A DNA stretch of 64,000 nt from Cyanophora paradoxa CCMP329. Its lineage: Eukaryota; Plantae; Glaucophyta. The stretch's first letter is position 1, and every line of letters begins with the position of its first letter. The translations under genes and the position numbers were made by a program. Below the pieces are notes generated by a model that ran no database searches, was not told the origin of the DNA, and saw nothing but the letters and a program-made list of their open reading frames with translations. Below are positions 12,448 through 24,200 of the stretch, in pieces. Location of the stretch: positions 288,164 to 352,163 of the forward strand of contig QPMI01000423.1 in the NCBI GenBank assembly GCA_004431415.1, read 5' to 3'.

Positions 12448-14631
12448 CTACTGCTCGACGGGGGCGGGCAGGAGGAGGAGGCGGGCGGCGACGGAGAGGT
12501 GGTCCGAGGGGTACGCCATCCCGGGCAGCGCCCCCGGCACCTCCCCCTCCTCCGGAACTGCGGCGGAGAATTCTCGGGGGTTGGCGGGGGGGGGGGGGGG
12601 GGGGGGGGGGCGGAGGGGTACGGGCGCACGCTGGAGGAGGGAGGAGACGCGGAAGTGGCGGCGAGAATAGAAAATGTAATCGCACGTGAACTGGCGAGGC
12701 GGGGGAAGGAGGCGGGGAGGCCAGCGCCCCCGGTCAGAAGGGCGTAAACCTGGCGACGGGCGGGAAGGGGGGGGGGTACACCTTGCGCTCGGGCCCGTAG
12801 GTCCAGTGCGTGAACGAAGGCTCCCCGACGCGCTCGGGGCCCCCCGCCTGCTCAGGCGGCCTCGCGTACCTGTACCCCCCTCGGCGCTCGGCGCCGAGGG
12901 CGGAACGGGGGGGTACGGGAAGGGGACTGCGGGTACCGCTCGTACGCGCTCTCGAAGTCGAAGCTGCGGGGGGTACATGGCGTCAGCGGCACGGGGCCGC
13001 TCGGGAGGGGTATACGGACCCGTGGTCGATCTCGCATACCCCCAGGCCGTCCTCCGGCCCGCAGCAGCAGCGGGGGGCCTTCCGCCGCGCGGCCGCCGCC
13101 GCCGCCGCCGCAGCGGCCGAAGCCGCGGGCGAGGGCGAGGGCGAGGGCAGGGCCTGTGTCCCCGGCGCCTCGGCCGCCGCCGCCGGAGGCGCCGCCGCCT
13201 CCGCCGGCACGTCGGACGCGGCCGCCGGGCACTCGGCGGGGGCCTCCTTAGCCTCCCCGTTCTCCTCCTCTTCCTCCACGTCCGCCTCTTCCTCTTCCTC
13301 CGGCACCAGCTCGGCGCCCTTGTCGCAGGCGGGCGCCGGGCGCCGCCGGAAGCGCACGCGCCCGCGCCGCGCGAGGTGGTACGTCGGGCTCGACGGGTCG
13401 GCGTTGAAATCTCCCGTCAGGATCACGGGCTGCGGCCCGCCCGCCCGCAGGTCAGCCGCGCTGGGGCCGGCGCCGGCGCGCGCTGAGCGGGGCGGACCAC
13501 ATCGGAGGGCGGGGCGGGCCCGGGCGGCGGGAGGGGCTCGGAGATGGGTACGCAGGCGACGCGGCCGTCGCCGTCGCCCGAGGAGCACGGCTCTGTGGCG
13601 GCGGCGTCCGAGGCGGCGAAGCGGGCGGCGGCCTCGAGCACGCCCCGCAGCTGCTGCAGGCGGACGTGCTCGCCCGCCGGGTCCCAGAAGAGGTGCAGGG
13701 TCCCCACCAGCAGCCTGCGGGGCCGGGGCCGGGGCCGGGGCCGGGTCAGCGCGGCCGGGATGCGGGAGCGAGGAGGCGTTGCAGCAGCGCGCCTGCGTCC
13801 CGTGGCGATGGATCGGACGACGGCGAGGAGGCCGTCGTTGTCCTTGCACAGGACCCCGCAGCCGGCGTCCCGCCGCGCGGCCAGCTGGTTCAGATCGATT
13901 CCCGCTGCTCGCACCAGCTCGAACCTGCCGTCTACATCATTACGCCCGCACGGCGGCGCAGCTCCGCGCGCGCGCGCGCCTGTCCGACTTGACGAAGATG
14001 GCGCAGCCGTCCGCGCGGCCGGCGCCCGACCGCTTCTTGAAGACGCCGGAGTAGCCCTTTACGCGCATCCAGCGCTCGATCTCGTCGTAGTGGTCGACCT
14101 CCTGAGCGCTCGCTGAGCGGGCGGGCGACGCCCGAGGCCGAGCGCGGAGAGGCGGCTCGGACTGGGCGGCGCGCCTGCAGGCACACGAAATCGGCGCCGT
14201 ACGCGATGATCTCTTTCATGAGGAGCGGTTTCCGGTGGCTCCAGGCGAGGGCACGCTCCGGCGTCTTCGGATACCCTACGGTCCGATATGACGCATTCGC
14301 GGGATCGGACGAGCGGTGGCGCGTACACTGCTTCTTGGCGCCGGCGTCCGCCAATATGTTGTAGGAGAAGACAGAGAGCGCCTCCCCTGTGCACGCATTG
14401 CAGACGGGAACACGCGTACGTGCACTGTTGCGCACCCTCTGTCGCTCCATCGGCGTCCTTCGCACCGACCTCTTGCTGCACTCGCTCAAGTGGCGCTGCA
14501 GGCTGGTAGCGGCGCTGCAGGACGTCGCCCCACGCGCCATCCGCGGCCCGATCGACGCCCGGGGTTGTCTTCAGGATGCGCGCTTGCTTCTCACGGGCCC
14601 CATTCGGAATGAACTTGTTCCCAGTGTCCAT
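12448..14631 (-). CDS. CCR4/nocturnin/angel/PDE12-family endonuclease-exonuclease-phosphatase, spliced
   Basis: Motifs SYNILA, W..RKPLLMKEI...ADFVCLQ|EVD, DGCAIF, GTLHLFWDP, ILTGDFNA.P, EPSFTH, CDYIFY and PSDH appear in order, with an Ala/Glu-rich low-complexity insert between GDFN and DYIFY. Confidence 0.9.
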
Positions 14632-15266
14632 CGCCGGGGCGCCGGGCTGAGCTCTGCTGCGTTGGCCTTCTTTCCTGTCCCCCTTTCTGGCTTCTTCCCC
14701 AACCCCACTTTGGCCAATCAACGGACAGAGCAAGTTGAGTGGCGCACCAGGGTACGTATATTACGTAGAAAAACAAAGCTGCATGCGCAAGCTGCTGTAC
14801 GTCAGCCTGCGTGCATGCGCATGCGCTGCTGTGCGCGACGTTAACGCGGCACAGCTGCAGCTGGAGCCTGCGCAGGCTGCGCTGCAGCAATCGCAACTTG
14901 TTGAAGGTCACTCGAGCTTGATATCGATCGGACAGCCTCGGAGTCACGAAGTCTGAGTAGATTTGTCGGTTCGATCGACGCGTCGCCCGAGACGGTCCGA
15001 CGGTCGTGCTGCGTACTTTGTCACTCTTAAGCTTCGTGCCGACTTCACGGCTTCGCACGAAGACCGACTGCGTTGCGGTGCAGACCGTCCAGCATATGCA
15101 TGCATCTGTGAACCGGTCAGGATTTGGATCGGCCGGCTCGCCGCTTGGCGTGGCCTAGTAGCCAGCGCAGGTAATCGGGCAGCAGCGGCTGCGGTTGCCG
15201 CGGCCCTGGCCATGAAGATGCGAAGGAAGTGCGGGCGCGTCCTGCGGGCGTAGGTGAACGCGAGGC

Positions 15267-18200
15267 ATGTCGCCCGCGATGCGCCAGCCGGTGGCGTCGG
15301 GGGCGGCCAGCGGGTACTCGGTGCAGGCCTTCTGCCCGCGGTGAGTCTGTGCGGATCGCCCGCGCGGCCGGTCAGCGCCGATCGCGGGCGGGGCGCGCAG
15401 CCTGCTGCTCTCGCACGTCGCCGGTGACAGGCTGAAGCACGAATGCGACGCGGTGGTCGCCCTCTTCGACCTGACAGGGTTCTCCGATCTGTGCTCGCGC
15501 CACAGCGGGGGCGAGAGTGACATCGAGGGCGCGCCCGCACGGCCCCGTACGCGTCCCGCCCCGCCCGGTGACACGCGCGCGCGCAGGCCTCTCTTCCACG
15601 ATCAACGACTGCTTCGCAGACGAGATCCGCCTCATCGAAGGCGCGCCCCGCCCGAGCCCCGCTGCCCCCGCGCCGCCGCCCCCGCCGCTGCCCCCGCCGC
15701 CGACCGCGCCGCGCCGCGCCGCGCTGTGCCGCCGCTGACCGCGCCGCTCAGAATTCGGGGGCGACATTCTGAGCTTCATGGGCGATGGGGTCCTGGCGAT
15801 CTGGCCGGTGGACCCGCACGTGGGCGGCCCCTCCGCCGCCGGCGGCGAGCGCCGGCCCGAGGCGGTCCCAGTCCCAGTCCCCGGCGCCAGCGACCCGGGG
15901 CACGGGCACGGGCACGACACGGAGGTCGGGGACGCGGACGGTCTCGCTTCCGGCGCGCTCGCCCTGCGCGCCGCGGCGGCCGCCGAGTGCAGCCTGCGGG
16001 TGCAGCAGCACTTCGCCGGCCTGCCCAGCATGCACTCCGGCATCCGCCTCCGCGTCGCCCTCTCCGCGGGGCCCCTGCGCCTCTTCCTGGCCGGCATCGG
16101 CGGGCCCGGCGCCTGCGACGCGGGGCTTCAAAATGCCGACGGCTCCTCCGTCCCCGGGTGCGCGGTTCCGCCGACCCAGCCCGGCTCGCCCCGCCCCGCC
16201 TCCCGCGAACCGCGCGGCGCAGGCGGCTCGTGTTCTTCGTTGCCGGTGCGGCGGTGACGGAGGCCGGAGACGCGCTCAACGAGATCGGCCCGGGGTACGG
16301 ATGGATGCCGGCCCCGCACGCCGAGTGGGTTGGGTCGGTCCGACCCCCGGCGCAGGCAAGTGGCGCTGTGCCCGTCGCTCCTGCAGCACCTGCCGCGGAC
16401 GGCGGTCGTCCCGCCGCCGCCGCCTTCCGGCCGCCGCTCGAGCGTCTTTCGCTCGGGGCGCCGCGAATCGCTCACCGCCTCCCGATCCATCTCCTTCCTC
16501 TTGAACGTGCCCCCCGCCGAGTCCGGGTACACGTCGGCCACAGACGGGTACGAGAGCGGCTACGCGACGGAGGGGCCCCCGGGGAGCCCCGGGTCGGCGC
16601 CGCCCCCGCCCCCGCGCTCCCCGGCCGGCCCGGGGGCCGGCAAGTCCAAAAGCCTGAAGGCCATGCCCCGCTCCCGGTCCGAGAAGGAGTTCGGGGTGGG
16701 CGGGCCGGGCGCCCAGCGCCTGGGCCTGGCCGTCATCGAGCCGCCGGCGCTGGCCCCGCTCGCCGAGTACGCGCGGGATGCCTTCGGCGCGGGGTCGGCC
16801 GGCTCGCTCGCCGGCCGCCTCCGGGCCCCGCTGCCCGAGCTGCGCACCCCGGAGCATCTGGCCTCCGCCGGCCTCTACGTCCCCTACACTGTGCGCGCCC
16901 GCCTGGGCCAGATCGCCTCGCTGGGCGCCGGCCTGGACCCCACCCGCTACCTCTCGGAGGTGCTGCTACCCTTGCCCCCCCCCCCCCCCCCCCCCCCCCA
17001 AAGAAAAGTAACGGGGTACGCGCTCTCGCGCGCAGTTCCGGTCGGTGTCGGTGCTGTTCCTGAAGCTGGACCAAGCCGGCCTGGCCGACATGCGCTCCCC
17101 CGGGAGCTCCCGAATCACGTCGGGGAACCTGCACCCCGCCTCGCCCCCGCAGTCCATCGTCGTCTCCGCACCGCAGTCCATCCTCGTCTCGGCTCCCAGC
17201 GCGGCCCCCCCCGCCGCCGCGCTCTCGGGCCTGGGCCCCGCGGTTGTACCCCAGTTCTCGGTCATCGGCCCCTCCTCCCGGCGGGCGTCCACTGTGTCTG
17301 CTTCCGGCGGCTCGACTTCCGTTTCCGCCCCGCTCCTCGCCCCCGCCGTCCGCCGCGTAGTCAAGGCGCGTACCCCCCTCCCGTTTCGTCTTTCCACCGC
17401 GTACCCCCGTCCTCACCCCCCCTCCCCGACAGACGTTTCAGGCGCTCCTGTACTCCCACGAGGGTTCCCTGCGGCAGGTCCTCGTCGATGGTCCGCGTAC
17501 CCGCCCGCCACCCGCCCCCGCCCCCCCTCCCCGTGCACTGCTCCCGTACCCGCTTTGACGTTTCCCCTCCTGTTAAAAGACAAAGGGATGGTCTTTATCG
17601 GTGCGCGCGGCGTCAACGACTCACCGCCCCCCCCCCCTCCGCTCTGAGATGCGGTACCCTTGCAGGAATCTTTGGGCTGTACCCCATGTCCCACGATGAC
17701 GACCCGGCGCGCTGCGTTTCCTGTGCCCTTGACCTGCGGGTTCGATCCCCTCCCCTCCTTCCCTTCCCCTCCCTCCCTTTCCCCCGTCTTCCGCCCTCCC
17801 CCGTCCTCCGTCCGACGCGGCGGGAGCAGAAGGCGATGCTGGCGGCGGGGGTAGAGACCTCCATCGGCTGCACCACGGGGTACGCTTCCCGGGACTCCCG
17901 GCATCGAGCTCGAGCGCGCCTTTCTGACCCCGTACCCCCCAGGCTCGCCTTCTGCACCTTCGTGGGGTCACCATCCCGCTGCGAGTTCTCCGTCTTCGGT
18001 GCGGCCCGTAACCCCCCTCCTTTACCCCCCCCTCCTCCTCCCCCCCCCCTCACGCCGCCTCGCGCGCGCAGGCAACGTCATAAACAAGGCGGTGCCCTCG
18101 AAACCCCCCCCCCCCCACCTCTTCGCGCCCGCTCCCATCTCATCTCACCCCGCCCCTCTCGCCGCCTTGCAGGCGCGGCTGATGGGGAAGGCGGGGGTCA

Positions 18201-21200
18201 CGGGCGCCGGAATCCTGGCGGACGAGGAGACCCGCGCCGCCACGTGCGTCCCCCCCTTAGAAGAACTGGGACGCTTTCGCTTGAAGGCCGCTTGCAAGGC
18301 CGCGCCGAGGCCCTCGAAACGCGGACTAGAGTGCCCCCCGTGCGCCCAAGGGCGGCCCCCTCTTGCTCACGCCGGCGGCGGGGCGGCGCGGCAGGGCGGG
18401 GCGGGTGGATATGGAGCCGGCCGGCGAGTTCCTGCTCAAGGGCTTCCCCGGGCAGGTGGGTGGGTGAAAGGAGAGAAGCTGAAGGGGACGGGAATCACGA
18501 AGCCGACCGGCGCTGCTTTGCCCCGCTCCGCCCGCATAGCGGCTGCGCTTTCTGAGCCCAACACCCACCCGCCCGCCCGCCCGCCCGCTTCGTTCGCAGA
18601 CGGCGGCGTTCCGGCCCGTGCGGGCGCACGCGGCCGGCGAGGCGCGGCAGGGCGCGCAGGCGCCGGGCTCCCCCGGCGACGACCCCCGCGCCGTCCCGCT
18701 CCTCGTCGTGCGTCCGTCCCCGCCGGATCGAATCTTACGCTAAGCCGCGGAAATGAAAGAAGGAAAGCTAAGAGCGGAGACGAGGAAGGCCGATAGCTAA
18801 TCTAGCGCCAATCTCAAGGATCTCGTCTTAGAGCACGCATACACAGCTAACACATTAAAATGCTAACAGCGCTGAGATGCAATGCTGAGCATCGAATGCG
18901 TCAGCTTTGTATGCTAAGGAGCGAATCCAGACAACGGATCCAACAACCTAATCCGCGCCCGCGCCTCAGGGGCGGGACGCGGAGCTGGACGCTATCTTCG
19001 CGGCGCTGGAGGCGCTGCAGCCTCAGCCGAGCCCGGCGCGCCCCGCCATCGCCTCCGCCGGCTCGTCCGAGGGAGGAGTAGGAGGCCTCGAGGGCCGCCT
19101 GGGGCCGAGGCCCGAGGCCGCCGCCTCGGCTCCCGAGGCGCCCGACGCGGATCGGGCGACTGCGTACGTGTTGCTGGGCGACTCGGGCTCGGGCAAGTCG
19201 GCCCTGGCGCGCGAGGCGGTGGCGGCCGCCGAGGCGCTGGGCGTGCGCGCCGCTGAGGCGCGGGCCATTCCCGGCGAGGGCCACGCCCTCGCCCTCTGGC
19301 GCCAGATGCTCGCCGCCCTGTTCCCCTCCGGCATGCTCGAGGTGCGCGCGTCGCGTCGTGGCCGTTCCGTCCGCTCCTAGCCTAGGAGATAGATAGCCTA
19401 AGAGATAGCCTGCTCGAGGAGCGCCCGGCAAAGCTTAGCTATGCTATGCTTAGCGATGTCTGGGGCCTCACTCTCGCTCGCCCGCTCGCTCGCTCGCTGG
19501 GGCAGGTGGGCGCGCTCTCGGCGTGCGCGTGCACGGGCGAGGACCACCGCATCGACGAGGCGACGCTGGAAGACCTGCGGGACCTCCTCCCCGCCCCGGC
19601 CGCCCCCGCCCTCGCCGCCGCCGCTGTTCTCGCCGCCGGCGCGCCGCCCGCCGTCGTCCGCCGCCGCTCCTCCCTCAAGTGGGTCTCCGCGGGGCCCGAC
19701 CCGGCGGCGCCCCTCGCCACCGCCCCGCCGGCCCCGGCCCCGGCCCCCGACGGCCTGACCCCCATCGGCGTCCCCGGGGGGGAAGGTCTCGCCGCCACCA
19801 TCTCGGGCGCTGTGGCGTACCCCTCCCCGGTCACCTCCCCCACCGACGGGCAGCAGCGCCCGAACCCCGCAAGCGCGAGCGCGGCCGCGAAAGCAAAGGC
19901 GGGGAAGGAGCAGCGGCGGCAGCTGCCGCCGGACGTGCGCGCGGCGTCGCTGCGGGCCGCCATCGTGCGGCTCGTGCTGGCGCGGGCGAGCGGCGGGGGC
20001 CGGCCCCTCCTCCTCGTCTTCGAGGACGTCCACAACGCCGACTCTCAGTCACTCCGCGCCCTCTTGGAGCTCGCCGCCCAGGTGCCCGAACCGATTTAAC
20101 TATAGAAGAGCCAGCTGTTAGAAGAGGGAGGGAGGGCCCGCCCTCGCCCTCGACGACGGGCGGCCCACCTCATCCCCCCCGGCAGCTGCGGGAGGCGCGG
20201 GGCGAGGCGCGGGCGCTGCTGCTGATCTCGTGCCGGCCGCCGGGGAGCACCGGCGAGGCCGGGCGCGGGGGCGCCGGGGCCTTCCTGGAGAAGATCGCCT
20301 CCTCCCGCGGGCACCGCCTCCTCGACCTAGCGCCCCTCGGGCCCCAGGCGCGCGCCCCCTCCTCCTCCTCCTCCTCCTCTCCATCATCTCTAACCTAGTC
20401 TGCTCGCTCTGACCCGCCCGATCTCCGCCCGCCCCGTTCGCCCGGGCAGGACGTGGCGCTGCTGGCGCGGGCGCACCTGGATGCCTCCTCCATCCCCCAG
20501 GCCGCCGCCGCCTTCATCGGTGCCCCCCGCCCCGCCCCGCCCCGCCCCGCCCCGCCCCGGCCCGCCCCGCCGGGGGAAGGGGATCAGGACATGGGGGGGC
20601 CTAGCGTGGCACCTCTTTTGCCGCGCCCGCCCGCGAGAGAGCTATCTAGCATAGATAGACCCAGGACCCCTGACCTCGAGCTAGCTCTGGGATCTAGCGA
20701 GGGGAATCCAAGGGTCCCCGCCCGCCCGCGATCTAGCGATCTAGCCTCCCCCCGCCCCCCGCCCCGCCCCCGCCCGCCCGCTTCAGCGTCGGAGTCGGGC
20801 TCTTTAGCTAGCTCTGTACCTAGCGCGATCTAGCGCGAGCTAGCTCTCTAGCGATCTAGCGATCTCACGGGGGGCCCGCCTCTTCTCAGCGTCGGAGTCG
20901 GGCGGGGTGCCGGTGATCGCGGCGGACGTGGCGGAGCGGCTCGTCAAGGAGGGCGTCCTCGCCATCGACCCCGCCACCCGCGTGTGCGTCCGGAGAACGA
21001 AGGCGGCGGTTGCTGTCTAGGAGGGGGCTCTTGGCTCTAGGACGGAGGACGGCTCTAGCTAGACGCAGAAGCGGGGGCAGGGCTCCCGACGGGCGGCGGA
21101 GGAGGAGGGCAGAGAGACCCCCCTGCCGTCTCGCCTGAGCCCCTGAGCCCTGAGCGCGGGCGCGGGGGCGGGGCTTGGTGGCTAGGGATCTGAGCGCGCG

Positions 21201-24200
21201 CCCTCGTTCGCCCGGGCGCGCAGGTGCACGGTGGCGAAGGCGCTTCGCAACCCAAAGCCCAGCGGTGCGACCCGCCCGCCCCGCCCCGCCCCGCCCCGCC
21301 GCCTTCTGTAGAGCAACCGCCCTTCGTCCTCGTCGGGCCGCGCCCCGCCGCTAACCACTCTTCACCCTTCTACAAAGCAACCGCTCCTCTAGAGAGCAAG
21401 CCTTCTATATAGAGCACCCGCCACTATAGAGCAAGCTTTCGATGGAGCGACCGCTCTGCTTCCTGGCCTCGTCGGACGAACGTTCCTGTGCTCGGCCGTG
21501 TGGCTGATGACTCGCCGCAGACGCCCTGCGGACGGCGCTGACGTCACGCGTCGACAAGCTCTCCCCGGGCCAGCTCTTCTCCATCAAGGCCCGTACCCCC
21601 CCCTCTCCAAACACACAACCTGGTCGCTCATCTGAGCTCATCTGGGCGGCGGGGTACAGGTGGCGAGCGTGCTGGGGCAGCGCTTCGCGGTGGGCGACGT
21701 CCTCGCCGTCCACCCGGTACTCCCCTCCCCTCCCCCCACCCACCCCGCCCCCGCCCCGTCCCTCCATCCGACTCCTTCGCTTCAGGGCGACGGCGTGGCG
21801 GCGGGGCAACTGGAGGGGGACTACGAGGCCCTCTGCGCCGCCGGCCTCCTCGTGCGCACCCCGCCCCGCCCCGTCGGTCGGGCCCCGTCGGGCCCCGCCC
21901 CCGCCCCTCTTCTCGGCCCCTCTCACCCCCCCCTCCTCCCCCCCCCCTTCGTTCGCAGCGGGAGGTGATCTCGGAGGCGGCGGCGGGCCCCGCCTACGAG
22001 TTCGTCCTTACCTCCGCCCGCGTGCGTACCCCTTCCCGGCCCGGGGAGGGGGGTTGCTGCCCCCGGGCCGCTGGTTGTAAGCGCCGCCCCTTGCTAACGA
22101 CGACTGCCCCCCGCCCCGCCCCGCCCCGCCCCCGCCCCGCCCCGCCCCCGCCCCGCCAAGTCTTTAAGCAAGCTCTAAAGCCGCTGCTCTGTTAATTCAC
22201 GTAGAACTAACGGCGGCTAATTATTTATGTGATTTCAGGACGTGGTGTACAGCCTGCTGCCGGTGGCCGAGCGCCGGCGCCTCCACCGCACCTACGCCGT
22301 CCACGTCGAGGCGCGCCCTGTCTTTCCTGTCTCCCATCCTACCCTATCTTCCTTACGCCTCTGGGCAGGCGCGGGAGAGGGAGCGGATCCGGGCGCTGCT
22401 GGTGGAGCGCGGGGAGACGCCCGCCCCGGGCTCCGAGAGCATGAGCCTCGCCGCGTGCGCCCCGACTTGCCCCGCCCCGCCTCCCGCCCCCCGCCTCGCC
22501 CCGTGCGGCTCTAGTGGCTGTCCGACTTCAGCTCTATGACTCTCGCCCCTCTCTCCCTGATCTCCCGCCCCGGCCCCCGCCGCCCCGCCTGGGCCTCTCT
22601 AGCTATCCGACCCTCGCCCCCGCTCCGCGCGCCCCTAACCTCTCCCCTCCCCCCCCCCCCCCCCCCTAACCCCCCCCCGGGCAGGTCGGAGGGCTCCTCG
22701 GAGGCGCTGCTGGACGCGGCGACGCTAGACCTCCTCGCCCGCCACTGGCTCGCCGCCGACGACCTCGCCGCCGTGCGCCGCGCCGTACCCCCCGCCGCAA
22801 CCCCCCACCCCGTCTTCTTCTTCCCCGGCTCTAGCCGCCCAGCCGCCTAGCCGCCCAGCCGACTCGGCGCCGACGTCCGCTTTAGCCTCGCGCCTGCCCC
22901 CCCCCCCCCCCCCCCCCCCCCCCTCCTCCTTTACCTTCTTCAAGCTAGCTGGCTAGCCACGCCCCCGCTTCCCGCTAGCTAGTAGAGCGCTCCAGCCGCT
23001 GAGCCGCTAGCCGCCAGCCGCCCGCCGCCGCTGCAACCCGCCCCCCTCCTACATCGGCGTGCTCTAGATCTTGCCGCTAAGCCGCGTCCCTGATTTGATC
23101 CGCGCTCCTCTCCGCCCCTTCTCGCCTCCTGATTTGACTCGCGCAGGCTATGCCGTACCTGGAGCGGAGCGCAGGGGCCGCCCTCGAAGGCTTCGCCAAC
23201 GTCGAGGTGCGAGCCGGCCCGCCGGCCGGCCGGCCCCTTGGCCCCGCCCCGATTCTTTAGTGCCGCACTTGGCTCCGCCCCCCTTCACCAACCTTCCTCG
23301 ACCTTCCTCAACGTTCCTCCGACCAGCCCCTCGCTCCAGCACTGATCGCTCCCCTTGAGCTCTCCGCTGCCTTTCCTCTTCCGCGCCGGCCCGCCCCGCC
23401 CCCGCCCCCGCCCCAGCCCCAGCCCCAGCAGCACCCCCCCCCCTCCCCCTCCCCCCTCACTCCCCCCCCCCTCCCTTTCAGGCGCAGCGGATGTTCGAGG
23501 ACCTGCTGGCGCGCTTCCCCGACGCGGGGACCCTCAAGCGCGCCGTCTGGACCGGCGGCCTCGCAGAGGTCCGTCCGCCCTCCGCCCTGCGCCCCTCGCC
23601 TCGCCCCGCGAGGCCCTGCGCGCCTCGCCCCGCTCCGCCCTGCGCGCCCACCCTAGGGCTGCCTCCTAAGATGCCCGAGCCGCCTTTCTGACGCCGCCAT
23701 CGCTATCTGCGCTACGCTCCGATCCGATCCGGTCTGATCCGATCCGGCCCGGTCCGGCCCGGTGCGCAGGTGTGCAGCCGGATGGGGCGGTACGAGCAGG
23801 CGATCGAGCACGCGAAGCGCGCCCTCGTCCTCCTCAACCACCGCTCCCCCACCAACCGCGTCACACGCTGGCGCGCCCCTGCCTTTGGCCGTCTTGAAGC
23901 TAGCAGCCAGCTAGAGCTGAAGCTCTGGAGCTGACCCGTGCCCCTCCCTCAGGCTGAAGACGACGTTCATGGCGGGGCGGCTGCGGCTGCGGCGGCCCCC
24001 GACCGTGGACACCGTCCCCGTCGAGAAGCTCGCCCTCCCCCGCGGCGAGCGCTCCCAGGCGAGTTCGAAAGAGCCGGCTAGCGAGCGAGCGCCCGCCCGC
24101 CTTAAAGAGCCGGCTTCGTATGATGCGCATGCATGCGCCGCCCTCCCTCCCGCCTCTTCTTTCCCCGCCCTCCCTGCTCCCCTTTCTGAGTGAGGGGCGG

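Noticed and set aside
17999-18796. ORF track entry labelled minus strand that contains cyclase peptides, suggesting an inverted duplication
   Set aside because: The translation matches the plus strand from GTG at 17999 (GTG CGG CCC GTA...). It is a strand-label error reading through exons and introns.
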